From positions 700,859 through 764,858 of the forward strand of contig CM082597.2 of the NCBI GenBank assembly GCA_040954595.2: a stretch of DNA of 64,000 nt, written 5' to 3'. This document shows positions 52,299 through 64,000 of the stretch, one piece after another. The notes below the pieces were generated by a model, which saw only the letters and a program-made list of their open reading frames with translations, did no database searches and was not told where the DNA came from. A program made the translations under genes and the position numbers. The number at the start of each line of letters is the position of its first letter. Within the stretch, counting starts at the first letter, position 1. The DNA is from Balanoglossus misakiensis. Lineage: Eukaryota; Animalia; Hemichordata.

Positions 52299-52675
52299 TT
52301 TGATGTCACAGGTCAACCAGTCACCTGACTGGGGATTCCCTCGCAAATGACGTCACCAGCCTCGATGCGCGAAAATTGAAACATATCTGAGTTACACGCA
52401 GCTGAAACAGACAACAAACTAGACTCCGTGCTTGAGAAACGAACATCACTGCTGAAGTCAACATTTCTCGAGAATCTTGATGTGCCAAACAGACATTTTA
52501 TTTCTACGATCACTGATGGGTATACGCAAGACGGCGATTGGCGTGATCGCGTATTTCTGATCGTGTTGTGAGCTATCACCGGAAGTGCCAATTGTCAAGT
52601 TTATCTCACTTCAATTTCGAATCCAAAACTTCACCAGTTTTAATTTATTTATCGCAAATAACTCTGCCGTTTTGT
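52299..52675. promoter_or_regulatory. Bidirectional NIT2/CHEK1 promoter
   Basis: 377 bp between the divergent ATGs. CRE TGACGTCA at 52348-52355, E2F GCGCGAAAA at 52367-52375, inverted CCAAT at about 52538, ETS CCGGAAGT at 52579-52586, YY1-like AAAATGGCG over the NIT2 ATG. Confidence 0.75.
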
Positions 52676-55600
52676 ATGATGACTGAAGTAACCGCGTTCG
52701 TCGAAGGCTGGGATTTCGTTCAAACGCTCGGTGAAGGGGCCTATGGCGAGTGAGTAAATCTTTGTTGCTTGAGATTGAAATCACCACCTGTTTCATTTTT
52801 CGCCAATCGATAATAATATTGTAACTCTGTGTATATTTTGTTTCAGAGTAAAACTGGCTGTGAACCAAACAACTCAGGAAGCAGTTGCTGTAAAGATTCT
52901 GGATTTACAAAAAGTGGCTCAGAACTACGACAACATCAGAAAAGAGGTGGGTGTCATGACAACCAGATATAAGCTTGACTGATGGTGACACTTTTTTTGT
53001 CATAATTAAAAGATACAGGAAATAGTGCAATGAAACTTTTGCCAGTCATGTGGTCAAATTCAAGACAAAGACGACAAACCTTTGTTCCTACTTTCGTGTT
53101 TGCCTACAGATATGTATACATCGTATGCTGACAGACAAGTCCATAATTCAGTTCTATGGATCCAGGAAAGAAAGCAATCGGCAGTATATCTTCCTGGAAT
53201 ATGCCAGTGGTGGTGAACTGTTTGATCGGATAGGTACGTGGATCAGGAATATTACTTGGCACTGCAATATGTACTGGCTCCTAATTGTCATTGTAAGACC
53301 ATGATGTTCCCAATGCCCTGATGTACTTTCTGTTTATTCTCTGCACAGAACCTGATGTTGGTATGTCAGAGACTCTGGCACATAAGTTCTTTACTCAACT
53401 CATCGATGGCGTTGATTATTTACATTGCAAAGGAGTTACTCACAGGGATCTGAAACCAGAAAACTTGCTGCTCGATGACTTAGGTAAGATCAGAAATTAT
53501 AGATGAAGTAGGTAGATTTCTGAAAGCTGGAGGATAGTTTGTATCTTAATTATTATTTGAAATGTATTGTGTGATAAAACCCTGTAGAATTGAACATATG
53601 AGCTTTGTTTTGCTGTGCATACCAATTAAGGTAAACACTCTTCCCAACTTTCTCTTCACAGATAATTTGAAGATTACAGATTTTGGTCTGGCCACGGTGT
53701 TCCGGCATCAAGGCAAAGAGAGGCTGTTATCCCGATGCTGTGGAACCAAACCCTATGTAGCACCGGAAGTGTTGAAAAGAAAGGAATATCACGCGGAGCC
53801 CTCCGATATCTGGTCATGTGGTATAATCCTGGTTGCTATGTTATCTGGAGGTGAGAGGTCATGTCATTTCAGGTTTGACCCCTGGCACATCTTTTGGAAA
53901 ACAGAATGTTTGCACTCACTTAAAACACCATTTTGTGTTTGTTGACAGAGTTACCATGGGACCAGCCAACTTATGACTGTCAGGAGTACTGTGATTGGTT
54001 GGACAAGAAAATCAACCTGACACCATGGAGTAAAATTGATACATTTCAGTTGGGTGAGATTTAGATGTGGTTTGTTTATTTGTTTACTGTATACCCAGTA
54101 TACTTATTGTAACATTCTAATTTGGGGTTTTGCACTCTGCAATGCACTGACTGCATTTTGTGTATGTGCCACTATTGTCAGCTTTACTACAGAAGATCTT
54201 ACAAGAAAATGCCACCAAGCGATACACCATTGTCCAGATCAGAAGAGATAAATGGTACAACAAGACATTCCACAAGGCCAAAGGTATGTGTAATAACAAG
54301 ATGGCAACGTCTTGTGTATGCTACAGGTCCCAAATGTTTCAAGCAAGTCGTCAACTTGACAATACTCTACACACAAGATTACCTCCTCCTTGCATCATCT
54401 GTCGATCAAACACTGTTTCCCTTCTTGCAGGTATTGCACGGAATCTATCAGGGTCCTGTCATGATTCTCCTGATGGCAAACCAGTGAAAAGGGTCTGTTC
54501 GGGCAATGACCTCTCACCTTCATCATCATTTTGTCGGTAAGATTCCCTGACAGTAAAATGGAGTTGACATTGACAAAGTATTGTTACATGAGTTTCTGTG
54601 TAGGTACTATATAGACTGATTTATATCTAAGAGTCTGTATGGTACATTGACATAAATGTGATGATGATTTTTGTCTATACAGGGAGGAGGGGAGCTCAGG
54701 ACGGATTTCAAGTTCACAGCCAACATTCAGTACCCATGGTAACCAGTCTGGAGAGAGTACGTCTTCTATAGATGATCTGATACATGGTGTCAGCTTCTCG
54801 CAGCCTGTACATTTGGACAACATGCTTCTCAGTAGCCAATTACAGTGCACTCCAGGGAGTTCACAGGTAAGTCACCTGATGGTCACATGGTGTTACTTAG
54901 CAGCCAATTACAGTGCACTTTAGGGACATCACAACCAATCAGAGCAAACTGCCCAGCAAGGGGGTTTGATACTCAGAATGATTGAGCCACAAGTAGAACA
55001 CAATTTGTAATAATACACAGAAATATAATTTGATCATTTTGCATTTCAGACACCCATGCAGAGACTGGTGAAGCGTATGACACGGTTCTTCACCAATCTA
55101 TCAGCAGATCAGACATTCAAATCTGTCACTAAAGTGTTAGACAGTATGAAGTATAGCTGGAAAAAGAGCCCACCAAGACAGGTACGCTATAGTACAGTAC
55201 AGTATCAGAACTCAGTTGCCTATATGTAAAATGTTCAACTGAAGAAAAGCATTTGTCATTCTGACTTGTTTGAATGACATTGCACATGTATGTTTTCCAT
55301 AGATCACCATCACCATGACAGATCGACGTAAATATCAACTGATTTTCAAGGTGAACTTGATTGAGATGGATGACAAGATAATGGTTGATTTCCGGCTGTC
55401 CAAGGTAAGAAAATAATAGTTGCTACCTCGAATATTTTTTTGTAGCGCGTTGAGAGAATATCTCATATAATCAACAGAATTTCAAGATGGCTGATGTCTG
55501 TCATGTGTGATAAATTAACCAATTACAGTGAAGAACACAGTTGAGATTCATCCAAATCACCATCCTAATAACCTTCTGTTACATGTTTTCTGATTGCAGG

Positions 55601-55692
55601 GTGATGGTTTGGAATTCAAGAGACAATTCTTGAAGATCAAGAGCAAATGTGCCGACTTCATCAGCAAGGCTCCCGTCACATGGCCTTTATAG
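52676..55692 (+). CDS. CHEK1: Checkpoint kinase 1; 12 coding exons
   Basis: [18 protein letters not shown]|[11 protein letters not shown]|[36 protein letters not shown] cluster (SSSQP, SFSQP, SSQ), KA1 motifs [10 protein letters not shown] and VDFRLSK|GDGLEFKR. Stop TAG at 55690-55692. Confidence 0.96.
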
Positions 55693-56729
55693 ACAGGCTT
55701 TACCCTTTTCCCACAGTGGTTTGGTCCAAATCTATTTATTCTACAAGGAAGTTGGACCTCTGTAGAAAAAAAAATGTGGGGTGAAGGGGTTTATATTCCA
55801 AGTATTTGTGCTTTTCTTGGTCTACCATTTTCACTCATTTATTGCAGGCCAATTAAATAAAAAAAAAAACTTAAATAGTTAATGAAGACTAGATAAATTA
55901 TATGTACTAAAACAATATACACTTACTAATAGACAAAATTACTTGTCTCCCCTGTAGAGTCAAAATTATATATGTAGCTCTTTTATAAGAAAACTTTTTT
56001 TGTATTTCATTCATTAATATTTAATCATGTCAATGTGGAGTACACTACCGGTATATTCAGATATGTGTGTAAAAAGGTGTATTTTCCCCTGAATTTGAAG
56101 GAATGTCGTTGCTATAAGATGTATTTTTATGGCAAGCAAATAAAGTCTGTTAAATCATGCAGTGTTGTTCAACTTGCTTGTTACTATGCAGCAGCCCCCA
56201 AAAGGCATTTTGATTGTTTAATCCCTCTGTCATTTCAAACAGGTGAACCTGGAGCAAGTCTGAACCCAACTGTGAAAAAAAAGACAAAAACAACCAGTAG
56301 TGACATTTCACTTTGCCTTTTATTTTATAAAATCCAATAATACGCTGTTCACAAGTTACTATCCCTAAATAATGTATTGTGATGTCTATTTCAACTAGAA
56401 AATGACAAGTACATAAAACCATAGACCCTGAATCTCCAGGATAAAACACAGCAAATTAAACTAATCCAGTACAAATGTAATAAAGTGAGAAAATGGCATC
56501 ATTCCTGACAATGAAGACTACAGAATTGTGGAAATTTACATATGAATTGATAATTAATACAAGCAGTGAACTGTGTTAAATGTTTTAAAAGACTGGATTC
56601 TCTGAAATTGACATCCAACACGCGATTTGGTAGCGTTCTGTCCGCAATGGGAGATTCCACATATAAAGTACAAGTTCCTCATAAGTCCAATTTTGCATCA
56701 CAACACGCTTCAATGTCGTTTTAACTCTC

Positions 56730-57143
56730 TCAATATTCTTGACTTTGCGATGACTTCTTTCCCGCTTTCCCAGCGGCAGTTCCCGTCTTCTTCGGCAAGA
56801 GCACGGCTTGGATATTCGGCAGTACTCCTCCCTGTGCTATTGTCACTCCAGACATCAGCTTGTTCAATTCTTCGTCATTTCTGACGGCCAGCTGCAAGTG
56901 ACGGGGGATAATTCTGGTCTTCTTGTTATCTCTGGCGGCATTTCCGGCCAATTCAAGGATTTCCGCGGCCAAGTACTCAAGGACAGCCGCCAAGTAGACA
57001 GGGGCACCTGCGCCAATGCGTTCAGCGTAATTTCCTTTCCTGAGAAAACGATGCACTCTTCCTACGGGAAACTGAAGACCAGCACGGCTGGAACGGCTTT
57101 TGGCCTTGCCTTTGGCTTTTCCGCCTTTACCTCTGCCAGACAT
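56730..57143 (-). CDS. H2AX: Histone H2A.X (intronless)
   Basis: Canonical H2A fold plus an extended tail ending in SQEY. Confidence 0.97.
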   Translation of the reverse strand: MSGRGKGGKAKGKAKSRSSRAGLQFPVGRVHRFLRKGNYAERIGAGAPVYLAAVLEYLAAEILELAGNAARDNKKTRIIPRHLQLAVRNDEELNKLMSGVTIAQGGVLPNIQAVLLPKKTGTAAGKAGKKSSQSQEY

Positions 57144-57199
57144 GTTGAATTTTTCTGTCTTTCTCCACCCGGAAACGTCTGCTGGAATGCTTTTCTGTA

Positions 57200-57315
57200 G
57201 AGTGACGTTATCAGCAGCGCGCCAATGAGTTTATAATGATCAGAGGGTTGTGAGCTCATCCAATCAGGGCTCACATTACAAACGTTTGTGACCAATCTTT
57301 CACATGCAAATTACC
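57200..57315 (-). promoter_or_regulatory. H2A.X proximal promoter
   Basis: E2F-like TTGGCGCGC (57217-57225, minus strand), TATAAA (57230-57235, minus strand), three CCAAT boxes (about 57222, 57260, 57292) and octamer ATGCAAAT (57304-57311). Confidence 0.7.
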
Positions 57316-58368
57316 AAGAATCACGGGAATAAAGCTATTTCGCTTTTAGTTTTGTTTTAGCTTATTATTTTTCGACAAAATCGACGAAAAGGAGAAAAGA
57401 TTATATGAAGCAAGAAATTGTGGGGCCGAACTTTGGGGCACTGTGATAAGAAAAATAGACAATACATGTAAATACAAACAAATGACCGGGTCACGGTAGA
57501 GGTCACTATCTGGTCACGGACAGCGCGCAGCGTCATCGCCACAAAATATTAGCGCTTGCTAAACCGCCGACGTGCGATACACATGATACATGGAGATCCA
57601 CCGAACGAAAATACAAAACTCCATCAGCTTCATCTGTTGTAGTGTTTTTGAAAACTGTGTATATCGCATCATGATATGTACATCGCGTTTGAATGACCTT
57701 TGACCGCTGCGACATTTTCCCTTTTTAAAAACTTACTTTTAATCAAACCTTTACCAGATTTCTGCGATTATTGTACATTTATTATAATAAATACATGGTA
57801 TTTCATATCATTCATGAAACATAGTACAGTTTAGTGTATTACTAGTATGTTGGGGTCACAATGGACCAATCATTCTTCAGTTTACAAAAGGCAAAGGTAG
57901 GAAGTGAACGAAAGGCGGTGATATTCAAAGAATGGCCAATTTTTCTTGTTGTTGACGAATTGTGATGTTCACTGTCGTTGTCGAGAGGCACAACAGGTAA
58001 GATTGGTCACTACTGGTGTAAGACAGCTAACACACCGAGGTCTGGAATGAAAGTCTTCCTGGTTAGGCTGATATTTGCCAGATTCAGCTCAGCTGGTGTA
58101 CATTACAGCGCCCCCTTGTTGACATTGACATAAGCGCGCAAACGAAATAGATTCACATTCTTTCCGGAAACGAGTGACGGTGGTAGTTGTGAGACGTAGA
58201 TTGTCAATTTAACATGTTGTTCGAGTCCGGGTAGGATCAGATTAGTGTTCACCAATCTCAGATACACTCAAGAAAGCTTTGACAACTGTTATTAAGAAGA
58301 TATGTGTTATTTCTGTGGTATTAAAGTATGAAAAGAAATGTTATTACTTATCTTAACTAGATTGAATC

Positions 58369-61300
58369 ATGAACTCTAAAAGAAAGCCTCCAAGGAGTAT
58401 GAAAGACCGTGATCTGCATCTGCAGTGTGAATGGTCCCAGTGTAATGTTGTCATAGAAGATACCATGGATAACTTCATCAACCACATTAAGAGCCATATA
58501 CAGGAGTTTTTACCAAGGCTTGGGGAGAACAATGAAGAAAGTATGATCATTTGAATTTTTTTGTATATGTTGTCAATGGGTAGAGAACTTCGGTATTCTA
58601 CATTACAGTGTAATAATTTTGCACCTGGACAATATGTGCTCTCACAGGGTTGCAGATCTCCCCTTTATTTCATGGGTCACCAAGACGTCACGGTGCAAGA
58701 GGTTAATGGCCAATTTTTCTTTTCAATTTTCAGAGGAATATATTTGTCTATGGAAAGAATGTGGTTACAGCTACACCGGTCGTCCGATTGACTTAATCCG
58801 CCACCTGTACTTCCATGCTTACCATACAAAACTGAAATGGTTCGGACTTCAAGAGGCAAACAGATGTAAACTGAATGCCTGCCAGCTTGACATGCAGAAC
58901 AGAAATCTGGTTCCGGATTTGCCTGAGAAGTTCCAATGTGCCTGGCATCAGTGTATGGTGAGTGGGGATACATCCTTTCTTCTATAGAGGTCCAACATTA
59001 CCATAGAAAACAATTGGTTTGGACTAAACCATGGAGTGAAAGGGTTAAAAAATATTGCCATTGCAAGTAAATTATGATGACATCAAAACTTGATTTCATA
59101 AAAATGTATTTCTTTATTGTTTTCACAGTATCATGTTGATAATCCAGAATATTTCTATCGCCATGTGGAGATGCATGCAATGACTGCAGATTTGGAAATG
59201 TTGCATGATTGTACAAAAGGATTAACCTGCAAATGGGAAGGTATGTATAGACAGATAATATGTTTGTGCAGTATTCTCATCAGTAAACTAATTTAAATGA
59301 ACCAATCTAAGTTTGAAAGAAAATAGCAGCACATGGAATCTAAGATTTAACCAATATTCACATTTCAGGGTGTCGCATTTCTGTGAAGAATAAGTTCAAA
59401 TTACGAGAACATCTTCGTAGTCACACACAAGAAAGGCGATATGGCTGTGCAATCTGTGGTGGGCTGTTTTACAACCGGACAAAATTTGTCGACCACTTGG
59501 ATCGTCAGTTAGCAATAGAATGTAAGCATCAAAATTTAAGTCTGAACTAAACGTAAAAGATAACTTTCACTGTATTATTTTCCATTGGATACACAAGACA
59601 TACACTGGTGTGATACAGTGTTAGTAGCTGGGTAGGTGAATGTGTGTATTCCTATATTCTAACATAAACATTGTTTAATTCCAGTACAAAAATTCCAGTG
59701 TTCACACTGCTTCAAGACGTTCTCCACAGAAAGATTACTTAGAGATCACATGAGATGTCATGGTAAGTGATGCATGAGAACTTTTCATTGGTCAGTATTT
59801 CTAAAACTCAAAAAGAATTGATTATTATGTCAGTGTGGTCACAAACAATACAAATATTATTTATTTTGCTAAACAGTAATGTATTTATACTTTTAATTTT
59901 ACAGTAAATCACTACAAATGTCCTTTCTGTGACATGACTTGTCCATCGCCATCGTCTCTCAAAGCACATATCAAGTTCCGACATACTGAAGATAAACCAT
60001 ATAAATGTGACTTGTGTGATTACAGGTAAATCTATCACAATTTTAGTTTTATTATGGAGAATCTATATTGGTATCAGTTGTCCTGTAACAGTATTATAAA
60101 TGTATTCCTTACAACGTCCCATAAAACTCTTCCATTTCAGTTGCAAGACGTCATTTGATCTGAGACGTCATATGAACAGCCACAATGCTGCCGTATTGCT
60201 GAGATGTGAGGAGTTAGGGTGTTCCTATGAAACCAAAGTCATGCAGTCGCTGAGACTTCATTACAAGAAAATACACAATGTAAGTAGAAGCCTAACTATG
60301 ATGATATAAATATCAGCTAAAAACAAGTATTTATTGAACTGACTGATCTATTTATACATTATGTTTTATAAAATTTTCTTCATCTACACTTACTTCAGCA
60401 TGAGGAAGTACCACGCTATCTCTGTCACATGTGTGATAGCCAGTTCTCTAGAGGAGGAATCTTAACTAAACATCTCAAGAAGAAACATAAGTTTAAATGG
60501 CCCTCTGGACATTCCAGATTCAGGTATGTCCAATATTTTTCCTTGGAATCAAACAATCTGTTGATTACGTATTACTCTGATTGTGAGAGTGAGGCTAAGT
60601 GGGAAATCCCCTTGATGTGATTGGTCTACTTTCCCCATGAGCCTCTCTTTGATGGCTGCATGAGGGCGCTAGACTTAAGAAATGGGTGTATTGCATGTCC
60701 TTCACTTTCAGGTATAAACTTCATAGTGATGGCTTCCATCGTCTGCAAACTGTGCGATATGAGAGTATTGAATTGACAGAGCAACTCATCAATGAAAGGC
60801 AAGCTGCTGGCAGCAAAGCGCAGGGGGAGACGCCAGTTGTCATGGAGACTGAACAGGAAATGGACGACGGGGTCCAAGAGACTGAGATGGTGGAGTTAGA
60901 GAGTGAGGTGCCTCATGGTGGGAATGCTTACGGTGCTGAGAGTGTGTTGCGTCAAGAAGGTCAGTCGGAAGAACAGAGAGATCTGGAGAGTATTGTTGAA
61001 GGGGATTCTTACAGCAATGGAGAGATGACATCTACTGTGGATCATTCAGGGCTTGTGAATAACTGGATTGATTCACAGGAACAAGTTTACGACGGCGCCG
61101 GAATCATGAAAAATGCTGTGTGTAGCTCTGAACCGAGCATAGAGCAGATGGCAATGCAGCAAGTTGAGAGACAAATAGATGTTGATCCAAATAAACAAAG
61201 TTCGCACAGGCCAAGCGTAATTGTGTATCACCAGGTTTCAATGGAAGACTCGCCAATTGAACACAGCGAACGCACATTCAGTCTCGCGCAACACGAGAAT

Positions 61301-61696
61301 ATGCAGCAACATTCTCACCATTCTACCTCAGCGTACAGCCACCAAGATCATCTCCAACACAACGTTATTGGTTTAGTTGAGCAAAGCAATGTTCACCAGA
61401 CACCTAGCAATATCCTTTTGCCGTATGAATTCCCAAACATCTACGAGATGAGAGACTCTCTAAGGAATACAGAGAGCCCAAGTAGTATTGATGCAGGTGA
61501 CAGAGAATTCACACACTCAGAGAATGGGACTATTGACAGGAGTCTGTGTAAACCAACTGAAAGCTGTAGCGATGGGCAATGTACTAGTGGTAGGATAAGT
61601 GATGGGAACGAACAAAAACCTGGTGTACATAACAGTGCAGATTCACTGACGATACTAGCAAATACAGCTGAACAAGTTGGTTTAAAACTAAACTGA
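58369..61696 (+). CDS. HINFP: Histone H4 transcription factor HINFP (MIZF); about 9 coding exons
   Basis: [62 protein letters not shown], and the diagnostic [15 protein letters not shown]...[12 protein letters not shown]. Acidic low-complexity tail. AATAAA at 62042. Confidence 0.94.
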
Positions 61697-62242
61697 CATG
61701 GCACCAACAGGGTTAGGGAATAGTGGTTTGTCCCCTTTGCCGGAATATTTTTATGGAGATTCCTCCAAATCAAGGGAAACAATTGTGTGATGGCAGCATT
61801 TTAATCTAAAGGACTCTGGTCGACACTTGCCTTTGAAAGACAAAAATTATGCATGCAGTGAAATTTACTTGTCAGTTCACTGCCTGGAATTCGAAAGTAA
61901 TATTGAAGTTTGTAATTGTAATCATGGTTTTTTCAGATTAAAAGAGTTTTACAATTCTTAAAAGTAATGTTATTGACTTATGATTATGTACGGTTTAAGT
62001 TGAATCTTGTATTATTTTGTTGGTTTTAAATACAATGTAGTAATAAAATTTAAGATGTTTATTCCTGTGAGTACCAGTATGTTTTTAATACATACAGACT
62101 GATGTCCACTACTGTAAGGTGGCTTGCATAAAATATGTTGTGGCTGCATGCGCTATATTAGAAGCAATTATATTGCAGGTCTAAAACTCGGAAATTTTGC
62201 TCCCTTTAAAAACCTTCCTATACACACACGTAAGCTTATAAA

Positions 62243-64000
62243 TCATTGTAATCTGTCTGTGGTCACATTTTGTATCTTGCATTTACTAAACGTGCCATCC
62301 AGTATGGCCCTGATTATATTTACTGTAGCGTAAGCCTTCCATGCTCTCGTTGCCAGAACCGAGTGCAGATGACAGATGTCGTTGTCAACACTCAACCCCG
62401 ATAAATCGAAACCATCGTTGTGAACAAGCTCGACTCCGAGTTCGCTCAGCACAATACCGATGTGGATATCGGAAAATTTGAAAAGCTCTCCTTGTTGTGA
62501 CTTCTCGACCACCTTGCCAACAACGTCCATTGACATAATGCAAAATGATCGACTGCAGTGTGGCGGAAAGTAGGTTTTGGTCCACTCTGTCTCCGAGACA
62601 TAATTCACACTTTCTCGATATCTGATTGGTTTTTCGCCTGTTAAGACGTTTCCAGTGACGAAACCAGTGGTTGGGGACGTCATAAGGTGCGATACAACGT
62701 TTTCTGTGTTCACAAACACGTCATGTTCAATTTTCATCAAATATTTGGCAGATCTGCAGTGTTTGACAACCCACTCAAAAGACTGAACGAGAATTTTAGT
62801 ATCATCCGTGTCTTCATGAACAGCAGACAGCATGACGTCACGGTGAAGTTCATCTTCATGCAGAAGAACTCGATGGTAACTATCTCTCGGATGGTCGCTA
62901 ACCACAAACTGCACTAAAATTCGTTGACCAAGAACTATTTCCTTGTCGGCCCAAATAAGGCGAGAGTGTCGCCTGTTTACGTAATGGTCGGCTTTGGTTA
63001 TAACAAGGATCACAAGAAAGACTGGACTTGCATTTGCGTCGTAGTATTCACATTGAGGATGGCTTGTCCAAAAATTATCGTCTGCAACGATGTCATCCCT
63101 CCCAATGACGGCAAATCTATCGCCTCCCTCTGGAAGGCCGATGAATCTGGGCTGAACTTTATCCAGATAATGATCATCGCACGTTTCCCTACTGATATCA
63201 CTCTGCAGTAAATTCCACAAATCTCTCTGCATTTGTGCCGTACATTTGTGAGATGCAATTGCAGCGTGTATGTTACACGGGCTACGATAAATTCCGTTCA
63301 GGTCGTAATGAATATGGGGGTATGGGGCTATGATTAATTTTTCCAACAGATCCCCGATGAGCACATCCTCCCATTTGAAAATTCTCTCTGATTTTGACAG
63401 CTCATAGGCTCGTTTTACCACATCTATGGACATAACGTAAGAGGGTCCTGATATGTAAGGTGGATAGAGGTTATCTGGCCAGATATATCTTGGGGTGTAC
63501 CATTTATGAGTTTCTGTACGCAACGGTCCAGTGCCGATCATCACTCCACCCAAATACAGGTCATGGCGAGGCGCATGTGTCAAAAACTCCGCCAAATTTC
63601 TAGAGTTCAAAAATAAGTCATCGTCAACTTTTACAAAGTACCTCGCACGGCTGCATCGATGAGTCACCCACTGCAGCATGGCCAAAGTTTTGAGCACAAG
63701 ATTGCTGTATGATTCGTGAAAGTTATACTGAACCATGTCGCCATATTGGTCGTTCTCAGCCGCGAGTTTCCTTTGGATGACGCCATTCGTCGGCATACCA
63801 ACGAAGAATACGGTTTCAAATCTGTAGTCTGGAAAGGTGTGGCCATACATACCCCACGTTTCTCGTATTGCTTTTCGTACATGGAAATTAGATGGTGCGG
63901 TCATAACGCAGATGATCATGAATATGTCTCTTGCATTGTTAGTTTTGGCACATATTTGTGGATGGTCCATAATAATCGCTGGGATGCTACCGTTTGGTTT
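62243..64000 (-). CDS. Beta-1,3-galactosyltransferase-like protein (CAZy GT31) with two tandem catalytic domains; 5' end lies outside the window
   Basis: The frame stays open to the window edge. Domain 1: RKAIRETWG, F.ESY.NL.LK, KVDDDLF, YPPYISG, EDVLIG. Domain 2: RR..R..WA, KIEHDVFVN, FPPHCS, SDIHIG. Confidence 0.9.
   Translation of the reverse strand, partial: KPNGSIPAIIMDHPQICAKTNNARDIFMIICVMTAPSNFHVRKAIRETWGMYGHTFPDYRFETVFFVGMPTNGVIQRKLAAENDQYGDMVQYNFHESYSNLVLKTLAMLQWVTHRCSRARYFVKVDDDLFLNSRNLAEFLTHAPRHDLYLGGVMIGTGPLRTETHKWYTPRYIWPDNLYPPYISGPSYVMSIDVVKRAYELSKSERIFKWEDVLIGDLLEKLIIAPYPHIHYDLNGIYRSPCNIHAAIASHKCTAQMQRDLWNLLQSDISRETCDDHYLDKVQPRFIGLPEGGDRFAVIGRDDIVADDNFWTSHPQCEYYDANASPVFLVILVITKADHYVNRRHSRLIWADKEIVLGQRILVQFVVSDHPRDSYHRVLLHEDELHRDVMLSAVHEDTDDTKILVQSFEWVVKHCRSAKYLMKIEHDVFVNTENVVSHLMTSPTTGFVTGNVLTGEKPIRYRESVNYVSETEWTKTYFPPHCSRSFCIMSMDVVGKVVEKSQQGELFKFSDIHIGIVLSELGVELVHNDGFDLSGLSVDNDICHLHSVLATRAWKAYATVNIIRAILDGTFSKCKIQNVTTDRLQ

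Noticed and set aside
57510-57530. Possible HINFP binding site (CGGACAGCG)
   Set aside because: Only a partial match to the HINFP motif; too short to support.
1-64000. CRISPR arrays, rRNA, tRNA, operons or autonomous transposases
   Set aside because: The locus is eukaryotic and spliced; I saw no repeat-spacer array, structural RNA gene, or transposase/reverse transcriptase ORF.

Overview
Intron-rich, AT-rich animal genomic DNA with GT-AG introns and microsatellites. The gene content suggests an invertebrate deuterostome such as a hemichordate or echinoderm, but that is inference. The ORF track splits most genes, so I rebuilt the models by hand from splice sites. In order: the 3' end of KAT7/HBO1; about 13 kb of mostly non-coding DNA with MITE-like inverted repeats; a C-type-lectin adhesion GPCR; two tandem aqualysin/proteinase-K-like S8 proteases; three paralogous RING-less B-box/coiled-coil genes; a truncated and a complete claudin/PMP22-type gene; an SLC6 transporter with a GC-AG first intron; a CHST-type sulfotransferase; a C1q-domain protein; NIT2 head-to-head with CHEK1; H2A.X head-to-head with HINFP; and a double-domain GT31 beta-1,3-galactosyltransferase that runs off the window end. 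Two observations stand out. (1) Each B-box gene has a short first exon encoding MG(S/C)GSS, an N-myristoylation motif, in place of a RING, which suggests a lipid-anchored TRIM-like family. (2) CHEK1, H2A.X and HINFP form a contiguous DNA-damage/S-phase cluster whose members are also linked on human 11q.
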